From the NCBI GenBank assembly GCA_964016885.1, contig OZ024743.1:165788001-165852000 (forward strand): a DNA stretch of 64,000 nt, written 5' to 3'. The first letter of the stretch is position 1. The number at the start of each line of letters is the position of its first letter. This DNA is from Eledone cirrhosa. Its lineage: Eukaryota. This document shows positions 11,400-23,180 of the stretch, one piece after another. Position numbers and translations under genes: made by a program. The notes beneath the pieces were generated by a model, which searched no databases, had not been told where the DNA came from, and saw only the letters and a list, made by a program, of their open reading frames with translations.

Positions 11400-13262
11400 T
11401 TAGGTGCTGGATGGGGTGTTGGATGGGGTGAGGAAATATTTTAACAGGACGCGGTTGATGGGTTTCTGGCAGAGGTTGCCCACGTCCTGTGAAAATTTAT
11501 GTTTTAGGTCACTATAGGTCTCCATAGAAACCCTTATAAGTTTAAGGTGTGGAGACGATTCTGCCTTGACGAAAGTTTTGCCCTCCGTCTCCACCTTGGG
11601 GTTTTGGGAGATGACCTCCATCAAACTCTTGTTGTTTGTGTTGATGTATGCGTATTATTGTTTGTGTTTTTGTTGTGTTGTTTTAGTTTGTTGTTCGTCC
11701 GGGAGTTTTCTTTCTATGGTAGGTGCTTGTGTTTGGGTGGTGTTGGTGTTGGTTTTGCTGATAGGGGGATGTTTGACTGTGGTGTTGTTTGTGTCTGTGG
11801 TTGTGTGTTGGTGTTGATGATTGGAGTTTAGGGGGTTTTGTGGTGTCTCCTTTTTTGTTTTTTAGATTTCCGCGGCTCTCCCTCTTCTTCACTTAAAGAA
11901 GGGGAAGCAGCTTCATCCGTCGATGAATAATCATCGTCAGGTGTGTGGGGTAGGGGTATGTTGTGTGGTGGTGGTGTTTCGGTGTGTGTGTTTGTGGTAG
12001 TGTTTGATGGAGTGGGATGGAGTGGGGCTGTGTTCTTCAGGGGTGTTGTCTCTGTTTTTTCTGTTGGTTGTTGTTGGTTGAGTGTCTGTTTGTTTTGGTG
12101 TGGTTGCTCGTTTCGTCTGTCGTTGTACTTGTGGTGGTGGTGGTTGTTTTGGTGTTGGTGTTGGTAATAGTGTTTTTTTAATGATGTTGTTGCTGTGTGT
12201 TTGTGGACAAGAGGCTTTTAGGTGTGCTGTGCTACCACAGCGAAAGCAATGAAATTTTCGTCCTTCTACCGAAATGTTTATTTTGTTGTTATCATCGATG
12301 ACGACTTTTTCGGGTATTTTGGAGATTCTCTCCGGTTTCATTTGCAACAGAATCTCTAAATCCGTACCCGCCCACCTTTGTCGAATAGATTTTCGTATCG
12401 AAAAGATCATATCAGTTTCTGGATCTACGAAGCCATCCAAGATCCACCAGATGTTAATGTTTGGGGGTATGTTTTTTATTTTCATTTTTTTGTGTCCTTT
12501 TTCCCATGTATGTAGGGAAAAAGGTGTATGTTTTTGACACCATTGGCATCACAGAATGTTTTTGGGCGAGTGCCTCGCTTTTAAACAGTACGGAAACACT
12601 TCCGTACTGTTTTCCTCGCTGGAGAAAATCGATATTTGCTAGAATTTCCTTTAAAGTAGCTTCTATATCTGCTTGGCTAACAAATGTCGGCTTTCTTGTG
12701 GAATTTGACACAGTCCTAAAGGTGACTGATCTGCGAATTGTCTCTTCCTTTATTTCAAGGGGTGAGTTAATTCTAAACCCACCTTTTTCTTCGAAAGTTA
12801 CACATTTTCTCCCTTGCTGGAGCATATCTCTTGCGTTGGAGATATCAAGATTTATAAAATCTTGATTTTTGTTCACTGTTTCAGCGAAAGACATTTTCTT
12901 TTTTGTGTGGTGTTGCAGTTGTTGTTGTTGTTGTTATCGATGTTAGCCTCAGTGTTGGAAATCTCAGTTCCTTGACGAGGTGAAACATTATGTGTAGATG
13001 TATCTGTGGAGTTGTTGATGTCTTTTTCATGTGTATGTATGTTAATAGGTTTAATTCCTGTGTTTTTCTGTGTGTTATTGTCATTTTTCTCCGCTTCGAC
13101 GGTAGAAATTTTAAAATCTTCAAGTGGTAATATTTTTTCCTCTTTGTTGACAGTCGTATCTATGGCGACGTCCATAGTAGCAGAAGCAGATCTAATATTA
13201 ATATCTGCCTCTTTCTCTCTCTCTTCTCTATTGACGTTCTCCAGCGTTCTTGTGTTGTGCAA
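11400..13262 (-). pseudogene. LINE ORF1 (gag-like, zinc knuckle), frameshifted
   Basis: Overlapping ORFs 12873-13262, 12454-12894, 11937-12485 (CFRCGSTAHLKASC = CX2CX4HX4C), 11683-11892 and 11400-11624; several breaks fall at A runs. Confidence 0.75.
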
Positions 13263-13496
13263 GTTATTTAGTTTGTAAAATTCGGTATTTTAAAACAATT
13301 TTTTAAATAAAATTTTCGCCCCTACAAAAAATGGGACGAAAAATGGGATTACCACCCAGCTGACAATTCAGCTTGGGGGTTAATCTACAAAATAATATAT
13401 TTTTTCAAATAATTTGTTCTGTTTTTCGTATATAAATTAACAAAAAATCTTACCGGCGATGTTTCACGCGTCAGACAGAAAGAGAGATAGATAGAT

Positions 13497-14800
13497 ATAT
13501 TTCTTTATTAGCCACAAGGGCGCAACAAGAAAGGGGACAATACAAAGACATGCCGGGGTTTTACATACAGTTGTGTAAAAAATATAAAAACAAACAATTT
13601 CAACAATCGAAATCCCCAATAGGGGGGAGGCGCCACAAATGGGTTGTTTAATACCCAGTCGAAAGAACAACCCTCAACTCGAGGAGCGTGTTGTGCAAGT
13701 GCTCCTTTCTTCCTTTTGCTCTCTTCCTCAACCTACAGGCTTATAAACAGAGAAGGCCCAATCACTCGGGCCATTTTCGCTTCATTCACCCACCTTTCAG
13801 TAAATTTACTGGGGTGCAGTGCCTCTCTCTCCACCCTGATTCTCCTTCTAAAGTGATACTTAAAGAAGGGAATCAAATGTTGTCCGGAGAGAAAGGCATC
13901 TGTCCTCAGTCCTCTCAACCTCGTCCACCATATAACTTCTTTCACCATAGCCACCGTACAGAGGAAAACCGCCTCTCTTTCGTTTTTGAAAGAGTCTGGC
14001 GGTTTGATCCTTACTATGGACTCGGCAGTCAACTGTATTTGTCCCATACGCGACAGCAGTTGTTCTGCATAGTTCCACAGGTCGCTTACGCCCGGGCAGT
14101 GTACAATTGCGTGCAGAACTGTTTCAATGTCCTGCGCACATCTTGGACACGTCCTCTTGGAAGGATCCCTGCCAGGGCGTCCGTGCCTGTAGATCTTGTC
14201 ACGAACCGGTAGAGCTCCTCGGTAGCACTGCCAGGCCAGGGACCTCTGGAAGTTGTCCATAGGTCCCGGGCGGAAAGTCCTACCAAACAGACTGGTGAGC
14301 TCATCGTCTTCGACGCCCAGAGTCTCTCCGAGCACGTCGTCGCCCTTGTAACGTACAATCCCTCTATAGAATGTCGAAGTGGAGTCTCCACTGATTGCTG
14401 CGCCCGCTTCCCAGAGGACTGTGAGTGCCTGTGCGCATTCAATGTGCCAGGCGCCCATCGTTTTCGGTCTTTTCTTTACCCAGGACTGCAGCTCCGTTAG
14501 CGAGACGAGCTGTGGGAAAGCCTGTCTCACAAACGGTGCCCACACCGGTTGGGGGTCGGTGAGGAATACCTGGAGATGCCGCAGCCTCAGCGCATGTTTG
14601 CGCATCATCAGCCACAGCATTCCCAGCCCTCCGTTGGAAGGGGGCTGACAGCAGACGATCCTCCTCACCAGCGGAGCCTGCTTCTTCCACAGAAACTGGA
14701 AGAGCATGCGTTCCATCTTGGCGAGGTGTTCACGGGGACAAGGCACGACAGTCAAGCGGTAGTAGATGACGGACGCTATAAAAGTGTTCGCCACCTCCGC
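13497..14800 (-). mobile_element. Tx1-clade LINE, 5'-truncated copy C
   Basis: ORF 13733-14851 is nearly identical to the C-terminus of copy B; GATA repeats on both sides. Confidence 0.9.
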
Positions 14801-14820
14801 AGATAGATAGATAGATAGAT

Positions 14821-17800
14821 ATGTTTCTTTTATTTGCCACCAGGGCATCAAAAGTGGGACAAGTACAATGGGGGGAGTTTACAAAACAAGGCGTCCTCAA
14901 TAAGGAGGAGGCAATAACAATATATAAAAATAAAATAAAATATAACAAAAAATAAAATTTATAACAAAGTCCTCAATAGAGAGGAGGCGCCTTGGGGGTC
15001 GCACACACCCCCGAAACAAGTGTGCAACCCTTCTCCTCAGGAGCACAGAGAAGGGGTGCTCCCTTGGTCTTTCATCTTCCTCACCTATAGTCTGATGTAG
15101 AGTGAAGGCCCATTCACACGGGCCATTCTCGCCACTTTCACCCATCTTTCATAGAAACGGCTGGGGTGCAGCACCTCTCTCTCCATCCTGATCCTTCTTC
15201 CGAAATGATATCGGAATAAACGGACCAGTTGTTGGCCAGAGAGAAAGGTGTCTGACCTCAGTCCTTTCAGACGCGTCCACCATACGCCATGGCTATTACG
15301 CACAGAAACACCGCCTCTCCTTCGTTTTTGAAGAGGGGGGGTGGGGGGGGTGGGGGGGGGGGGGGGGGGGGGCTTGATCATTACAAAAGACTCGGTGGTC
15401 AACCGGATCGGTCCCACCCTTGACAGCAGTTGTTCGACATAGCTCCACAGATCGGCAATGCCCGAGCAGTGTACCAATGCGTGTGCAACGGTTTCCTCGT
15501 CGCACACGCATCTGGGACAGACCTTTTTCGATGGGTCCCTACACGGGCGCCCGTGTCTGTAGAGCCTTTCTCGAACGGGCAGAGCCCTTCTGTAGCATTG
15601 CCAGGCCAGGGACCTCTGGAAGTTATCCATGGGTCCCGGGCTGAATGTCCTACCGAACAGGTTGGCCAGTTCGTCTTCCTCCATGCCTAGGGCTTCTCCG
15701 AGGGCGTCGTCGCACCTGCTAACCACCAGCCCTCTATAGAATGACGAGGTGGATTCTCCACTGACAGCCGGGTCCGCCTGCCAGAGAGCCGTGAGCGCCT
15801 GGGCACACTCGGTGTGCCAGGCGCCCAGTTTTCTCGGTCTTTGCTTGACCCAGGATTGCAGCTCGGTGAGTGAGACGAGTCTCGGAAAGGCTCGCCTCAC
15901 AAACGGGGCCCACACCGGTTGACCGGAGAGGAATACCTGAAGGTGCCGTAGCCTTAATGCGTGTTTACGTATCATCAGCCACGGCACCCCCAGCCCTCCT
16001 TTCGAAGGGTGTTGACAGCAGATGGATCTCCTCACCATAGGAGCCCGCTTCTTCCAAAGGAATTAGAAGAGTGCGCGCTCCATTTTGGCGAGCGTTTCCC
16101 TTGGGCAAGGCACCACGGTCAGGCGGTAGTAGATGACGGACGCTATATAAGTGTTCGCCACCTCCGCCCGACCTTTCAGGGACAGTTTGCACTCGGCCCA
16201 CTTCTGGGTCAGTGCAAACACCCTGTTCGTCACCTCACCCCAGTTCTTCTCCACCTGGAGGTCTGGTCCGAACCAGACCCCGAGCAATTTCACCGGGCCA
16301 TCTGTCCAGCGCCCGACGACGCCATCGGAGGGCATCGATCTGCCCCTCCACGTGCCGAGTTGCAGACCGATCGACTTGTCCCGGTTCAGCTTAACCCCTG
16401 TAAACCTTTCGTACTCCTCCAGTAAGGTGCCGATCGCCCCGATTTCCGAGGCCGCCGACACCATTACTGTTACGTCATCGGCTTAGGCTGACACCGCTTT
16501 CCGCAATCCCGGTTCCAACGGGATGCCCTGCAACAACTCCAACTTCCGCAGCAGGGAAGAGAGAGGGCATCCCTATCGGATGGACCGCGCGATTTCGAAC
16601 GGCTCCGAGAGGTAGCCGTTCACCTTGACCCTAGAGCAGATGCGGCTGCTGTGCATGGCATTGATCCAGCCCCTGAAAACGGGTCCGAAGCCTGCCGCCG
16701 CTAGCACCGCATCCAGGTAACCATGGTCGACCCTATCGAATGCTTTAGATTGATCCAAGTTGATCAGGGCCCCACCAAAGCCGGGTTCGTTCCCAACCCT
16801 CTCTATGATGTATCGCATGAGGTGGAGGTTATCGTGGATGGACCTGGACGGGATAGCACATGTCTGCGCATCTCCCACCAGGTTGCCCACGACAAGCGCC
16901 AACCTCTTTGCTAGCACCTTGGCCAAAATCTGTAACTCTGTATTTAGAAGAGTTATGGGCCTGGAATTATTTATATCGTCCCCCTTGTTCTCGTCCTTCC
17001 TCACTAGCGTGACTACGCCCTTGGTCACAGCACAGGGAATTCTCCCGTTCTGTCGCCAGTTGCAGTAGACCGCCTCGAGGAGTTCGGGGAACAAGTCCGG
17101 CATAGCTAGATATAGTTCGTATGGAAGACCATCGAGACCCGGGGATTTGCGTTTGCCGCATTGGCTCAGCACGTCCTCTATCTCAGCGGCTGAAATCGGC
17201 TCCTCGCAGGACTTCGCCTCCCTGTCCGAGAGACGCGGCAGGCCGTCGAGGTATGGACCGAAGTCCACGTCCCCAACCGGCCCCCCGCCCCTTCCGAACA
17301 ATTCGGCAAAGTGCTTTTGAAAAGCCTCGCACATCTGCTTAGGTTCAAGGATCACCCGTCCATCCTCGTCTCGCAAAGACCGGATAGTAGATCTGCTCCC
17401 TCTTTTGGCTTCTGTCACGCGGGCCCAGCTAACAGCTTTGGTCCCCTCGTTTCCCAGAGCACGTATTTTGCTTCGGACGATGTAGTCTTCGTGTTTCGCG
17501 TCGAAGAACTGGCCCAGGGCCGTTCTCGACGCTAGCACTCTGGCCACGTCGCCGCTTCTAATTGCCTCTTCTACACTATCTACCAACTCCCTTTCCTTCC
17601 TATTTCTATTTGAGGCTAACTCCTTACTAAATTCTATAGAGACTACTCTAATCTCTTTTTTGAGAGATCCCCACCACCTGCTGTTGACGATGGCGCCCGT
17701 CAACCGCTCCTTAACTAAAGTGCTAATCCGGTTCCTGTAAGCCTTACTTGCCGGTAAGGACAAGTTGAGCTTCCAGTAACCGGGTCCCTGTCTATGAGTT

Positions 17801-17851
17801 CTGTCAAGGTTGACCATGCAGGTCACTAATTTGTGGTCTGAATAGCCAACC

Positions 17852-17852
<1 letters not shown>
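14821..17852 (-). mobile_element. Tx1-clade LINE, diverged subfamily, 5'-truncated copy D
   Basis: Runs from SDHK through the RT (DQSKAFDRVDH; YADD broken by a stop) to CPRC; different 3' UTR but the same AATAAA + (TATC)n end. Confidence 0.9.
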
Positions 17853-17882
<30 letters not shown>

Positions 17883-17885
<3 letters not shown>

Positions 17886-17942
17886 TTCTCTATTAGCCAC
17901 AAGGGCGCAACAAGAAAGGGGACAATACAAAGACATGCCGGG
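17883..17942 (-). mobile_element. Tx1 LINE 3'-terminal 60 bp (copy E) inside (GATA)n
   Basis: TATTAGCCACAAGGGCGCAACAAGAAAGGGGACAATACAAAGACATGCCGGGG matches 13506-13558. Confidence 0.85.

Positions 17943-18022
<80 letters not shown>
17943..18022. repeat. (GATA)n microsatellite
   Basis: Read directly from the sequence. Confidence 0.95.
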
Positions 18023-18023
<1 letters not shown>

Positions 18024-18708
18024 ACGCAATACACTAACATAGATAATTCCACTCGATATAAAGGTACATATAAAAATATAATGCGGACATATACACATAT
18101 TCATATCGCGTAGACAGACATAGATATACATGCATATACGCAAGCACAAAAAATCTCACATTCAGATGCATACATATAGACAAGAAGCAATATCATTATA
18201 CATGAACATATACAGCGATTATTTGTTTGGTCGAGGTGGTGAGATGATTGTATTGTGGTTGATTGTAGCTTGCTGTGTCGTGTGGTCACGGCAGAGAAAA
18301 TTTAGGGGAAAAAATCGTGTAAATGTATATGCATGTGTGTGTGTGCAACATTTAAAAGCTGTAAATATACATGAGTTGTGATCAACTCATGTATTTTAAA
18401 CTGTTGTGTATGGATGGCTTGACGTGCGAGGTTGCGGTAGCCGAATTGTGTATACAGAGGACTGATTCTCTCGATGTACAATTGGTATCGAGCTTTCCCA
18501 GTGAGTCGGGGAAGTCGTGAACCGGATTGAGGTTTACGCTATGACATGAGTGTGTGCAATTTCGAGTTGCATGCCTGAGTGAGTCCAGGCAAGTTGAGTC
18601 CCAGTGTGTGAGAGTGTTTCATGTGTCGATAGCTGTACCCGTACCTCAACCAGGTGAAAAGTGATCTCACAGAATCACCACACGAATCAAGCACGAACAT
18701 TATGGATA

Positions 18709-19246
18709 CTAGCAGAAAAACCACCCTTCGAGTGGTTTTCTGCTAGCATGTGTAGTGTGTATATTGATATTATATGCAAGTATATATACATGTAGATATG
18801 ATACATCAAATAAAATCGTAATTGACAATATAAACAGAAATTGAACGAAGACGTTGTTACACTGTCTTATGTAATCAGTAACGTAATGATACATTAAAAA
18901 AAAGAAATATTATATATAAACTGCATTAGGAGAAAATTAGTGACAGAAAATTAGTGTTTATTTAAGTGATCGCCACCGGAAGTGTTGACATCACACACTC
19001 TCTCTTTCTATATATATGGTTGTTAAAGTGGTGGTGGCAACGATATACCGGAAGTGCAACTTTGAAAAGAAGTCAATTTAAAATTATTTATTTTTACGAA
19101 ATTATTTTTGTTTTCGAAATTTAGTAGATAAATTATGTAATATTCATTCATTATTTATTCAAAGTAATCCAACTTATTTTACTAACGGGATAAAAAAAAA
19201 TAAACCGTGCGCAGTCCCGCAGACCTTCCTTTATATAAAGATTAGA
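18709..19246 (-). mobile_element. Non-autonomous Helitron-like element
   Basis: Minus strand starts A|TCTAATCTTTATATAAA and ends hairpin (AAAACCAC..GTGGTTTT)-CTAG|T; AT target, no TSD; the flanks both resemble the repeat at about 20650-21500. Confidence 0.65.
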
Positions 19247-19990
19247 TATAAAGAAGAAACAAAATGATTGTGTAAAAAGGAATGATGTGTAAGTGTTTGG
19301 TGTAAAACGTGTATTTTGGTGCATATAATACAGTAAAAATCAACGTTCACATGCAACCTTAAAAGAAAGAGATAATTGATCTAAACAAAAAGTTCAGTTT
19401 TTCTTTTCTTTGTGTGTCTGTATTCTTTTTTTAAATATCTTTGTTATAAGAATGTTATCGGTTTCTTTCTAGGAAGCTAGTAGTATTGTCTGTTGTTGGA
19501 GAAGATGACAACGCAATTTCTTGAGCGTATAGCATGTTCGTTGTAAAATGTTTGGTCATGAATTGAAGAATCGACGCGAAGTTACCGTAAATATTCTGTA
19601 GAATCAAAGTTTGGTAAATAATTTGAAGAAGTGAAGTTTTATTATATAAATGAGAAGCTTGGTAATTATAGATTGCTCAGAAAGCTGATTGTTCGAATCA
19701 CGTCAGGATGTCACCAATTATAGAGATTATTTGTTTGGTCGAGGTGGTGAGTTGATTGTATTGTGGTGTTGATTCGTTTGTTGGGTGCGTGCTCACTTGT
19801 AGCTTGCTGTGCCATGTGGTCACTGTTGTGTGCAAGGAAGTGAGTAAGATGATGATGATATGAGAGTTCGTTGATTACGCAGAAAATGAATATATATAAA
19901 TGAACCACGATAACACCAAACCACTATATTATTAATTTATTGAAAATAACTCACGCCGGAGCTATACTAAAAATACACAGGAATTATGGA

Positions 19991-20336
19991 TGTTATTTGT
20001 TTGTTTGTAAAAGTAGAATTTAATTGTGTTTACCAGGTAAACTTCACGAACTTCACTGTCTTGGTTAAGAAAGAGACCAACAGATAGAGCCTGGGTGAAA
20101 GTGAGGGAGTAAGAGTCTGTAAGACCCCAAAGGGGCCTGTAGAAAGCAAATGTTTACTCTATCCAGAACTGCTTCGAACTGCCTACCGCTTGATCTAAGA
20201 CAGGCTATTTATATCTGTCGCTTCCTCTGTCCCCTGGTCGTCCACTCTCAGACTTGCTTACACCCGAAAGGATATAAACCTGGAAATGACCGTTAAATAT
20301 CACCCAGGGGTCAAGGTGTGGACAGATTCCGCTACA
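19991..20336 (-). mobile_element. Possible solo LTR
   Basis: Minus strand TGTAG...TAACA termini, TATAAATA box near 20210, ATTAAA near 20022; no clear TSD. Confidence 0.4.
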
Positions 20337-20649
20337 CATATATGTATATATACTCACATATATATGTGTATATATGTATATACAAGTATTTACATATATA
20401 CATACACACTCGGGCACATAATATACACCTGTATATATATATTTATGATCGTGATGGATGCCCCCTCGTTATCGAGTATGGCCATTGCACAATATAACAT
20501 TATTAATAGTTATCAATTAATGCTATCGTGCAATGCCTGTGCGTGAAGATTTTTTAAAGTGAGGAATAACTGTGCACTGAGCCAATTCCACTCTCTGGGT
20601 GACAGTAGCTATAACTCAAAAAGAAAAAAAAAATCAACATCATCGGTAA

Positions 20650-21216
20650 CTACTGAGCCGCAGGTTTTACATCGGAGTCATCCCAGTTTCCAGCGAAGCT
20701 GTGTGAATCCAGCTGAATGAAGCAATTCTCGTGTTGCGGTCCTGTGTGAGTCCAGGTGAATTGAGCTGCATGTAACGATAGCATTTTTCCGTACCTCAAC
20801 CAAGTGAAAAGTTATCTCGCAGAATACCAACACGAACCAAGAACATATGAAAAACGATCTCGCAGAATCCCCACAGGATTCAAGAACATACACTATGGAC
20901 AACAGCATGTTGGTGTGTGACAGAGAAATGTGTGTGTGCATACAGGCATATAATACAGCAAAAGAAAATGTGTGCATGCAATCATATAATACAGTTAAAA
21001 AAATGTGTGCATGCAGGCATATAATACAGTAAAAAGAAATGAATGTTCATATTTTGCCTGTAAAAAAAAGAAGAAATAATTGTTTTTAACAAAAAATTCA
21101 GTTTTCTTTTCTTTGTGTGTCTGAGTTCTTTTTTTGAAATTTCTTTGGTATAACAATGTCATCGTTCTTACTAGTCGTCGTTGTCGTCGTCGTCGTCGTC
21201 GTCGACGTTGTTGTTG

Positions 21217-21271
<55 letters not shown>

Positions 21272-21850
21272 CGAAGAAAATGACATAGCGATTTCTCGGT
21301 GTGTAACATTTTCGCAGTGAAGTGTTTGGCACTGAATAGAAGAGCATCGAAGTGAAAGCACAGTAAATCTTCTGTAGAATCGAAGTTTGCTAAATAATTG
21401 ACGAAGTGATTCGTGAGTGTCGAGCGTTGAAGTGAAATTTATGCTTAGCTTGGAGTCACCATTATTATGCACGTCACGTCTGACGCACCATAATGCGGCG
21501 AGAAGGCTGTGAGCTCGAATCATGTCGGACGTTAGAGACATCGATGAATCGTTAAGTTTTGTAAAGCAATGGAAAATGTGATTTACAAGCGTCGAATTCA
21601 CCATTATGTGGTGAGAAGGCTGTTGTTGTTTTAACTCGGATCATCGTTTGTAGTGAGAAGGCTGTTGTTTCGAATTTCGAGTCACCGTTGTTGTAGATAG
21701 TGTCGGTCACCAATTGTAGTGGATAGTGAGAAGTGAGAAGTGAGAAGATTGTGTGCTCGAATTCGGGGTCACCGGTTGTTGCGGATATATGGTATTCTTT
21801 GTATGGTAGTTTTGATGAAAAGAATAATGCCATGATTGAGTTGTTAACAA
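20650..21850. repeat. Unclassified dispersed repeat, related to 18480-18708 and 19250-19900, with a compound (GTC)(GTT)(GCT)n tract
   Basis: Shared blocks such as CCGTACCTCAACC.GTGAAAAGT.ATCTC and TTCAGTTTT..CTTT..GTGTGTCTG; triplet tract at 21174-21270. Confidence 0.6.
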
Positions 21851-22924
21851 TGTTTATTTTGCAATAACTATATTCGTTTTGAACATCGAGTAATAAAATT
21901 TATGACATGAAATATCCCTACATTAAATTGCTAGCTGCTATGAACTAGCGTGAATGCATGTATCAGAGAAAATGATATAGTAAAAGTTGTGTTGCATCTT
22001 ACAGATAAAATATGATAGGAAGAATAGGGTGAGCGTAAAATGTAAACAATATACACTTACAATGTGTGTGTGTGTGCATATTCTGAGAAGATATTCTGCT
22101 TCTCAAGGATGCTGCTTCATGTCTGGCTGCCTGGCTGTGTCTGTGGCGGTACGGTGGAAGCCAGTAAGAGCCAGGACAGAGAAAGGGTAAAAGGTCTACT
22201 CATGCCTACATCGTTATCACTTGCTGACTGCTGATTCGGGTCTGTCCTCGGTTTCCTAAGTCGTTGTATTTATAATAACCTTATAGTTAGAAGGATGTGT
22301 ATATGAGGTAATTTATGGGCAGCCATGTGGATATCGTCTCCCAGGAAGCTGGGATCAGAGGTCAAGTGGAATGTACGTTTATCATCGCTGTCTTTTGACA
22401 AGACAATGGTGGGAACTTCCAACAATAGATAGTCCCAGAGGCGAGAAACCTCAGATTCGGTTTCGAATCTTCGCCGGGAAAATATAGGAGTATTCCGTTA
22501 TAGATACATGCATACATGGTGGCTGCCAACTCGTTTTCGAGTATGGCCACTACTTTATATGCATGTAGGAGAACGCCTACCGATGAGTGTGACTTTTTAG
22601 TCCAGCCAGCGACTTGAAAACTCTGGTACAAACACTACACCAGTGACAATTATTGACACATAGTGCTGGGCCCATGATACCATGTGACGACAAGTGCAGA
22701 GAGATCTCCAGTTATAAAGCAATGCCAGTGCCGTGAGGCTTTTATAGGGAGCAAAGGCACTGCACAAAGCCAGTCCCACTCTCTTAACCAAGATGATATT
22801 TACCAAAAAGAAGAACAAGTCAACATCATTGGATACCATCAGGGTTGCAGGTGTTATATCAGAGTTTTCCTTTTCCTAGAATTCTGCCTTGACAAAGGCT
22901 AAGGGGTCATCTCTCCCGGTGATT

Positions 22925-23120
22925 TTGGATGGCCATTGACTCTTAAGAGCTCCTTTGCCCTTTGACAGGTTTTGTTTTTAGTCCTGCAGGATGTCCAAAG
23001 TCACCCTCCTCACCAAGAAACCTTGGTGGGGTTGCCAGTTTAGTCGCCAACGACCCGACCATGAGACAGGTTGTACTGGGATACATGTTACCAGTAACAC
23101 CAACTGGTGACCTGACCATA
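22925..23120. repeat. About 200 bp dispersed repeat, with further copies at about 28750-28885 and 35641-35833
   Basis: Shared TGGATGG..TTGACTC..TCACCCTCCTCACCAA..GTTTAGTCGCC.ACGAC. Confidence 0.8.
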
Positions 23121-23180
23121 ACATACATACATACATACATACATACATACATACATACATACATACATACATACATACAT

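Larger units (their letters stand above)
7700..13482 (-). mobile_element. Tx1-clade (L1 group) LINE, near full-length copy B, degenerate
   Basis: 5' UTR; ORF1 with a CCHC knuckle; ORF2 with APE, RT and C-terminal CPRC..H..C; AATAAA followed by a (TATC)n tail. Confidence 0.9.

Noticed and set aside
7935-13262. Active autonomous Tx1 element
   Set aside because: It has multiple frameshifts, and the RT motif reads YADH next to a deletion. The other RT-bearing copies read *ADD and YADN.
20995-21604. Poly-Q/poly-R or poly-A/poly-T protein
   Set aside because: It is a compound triplet tract inside a dispersed repeat with no flanking domain.
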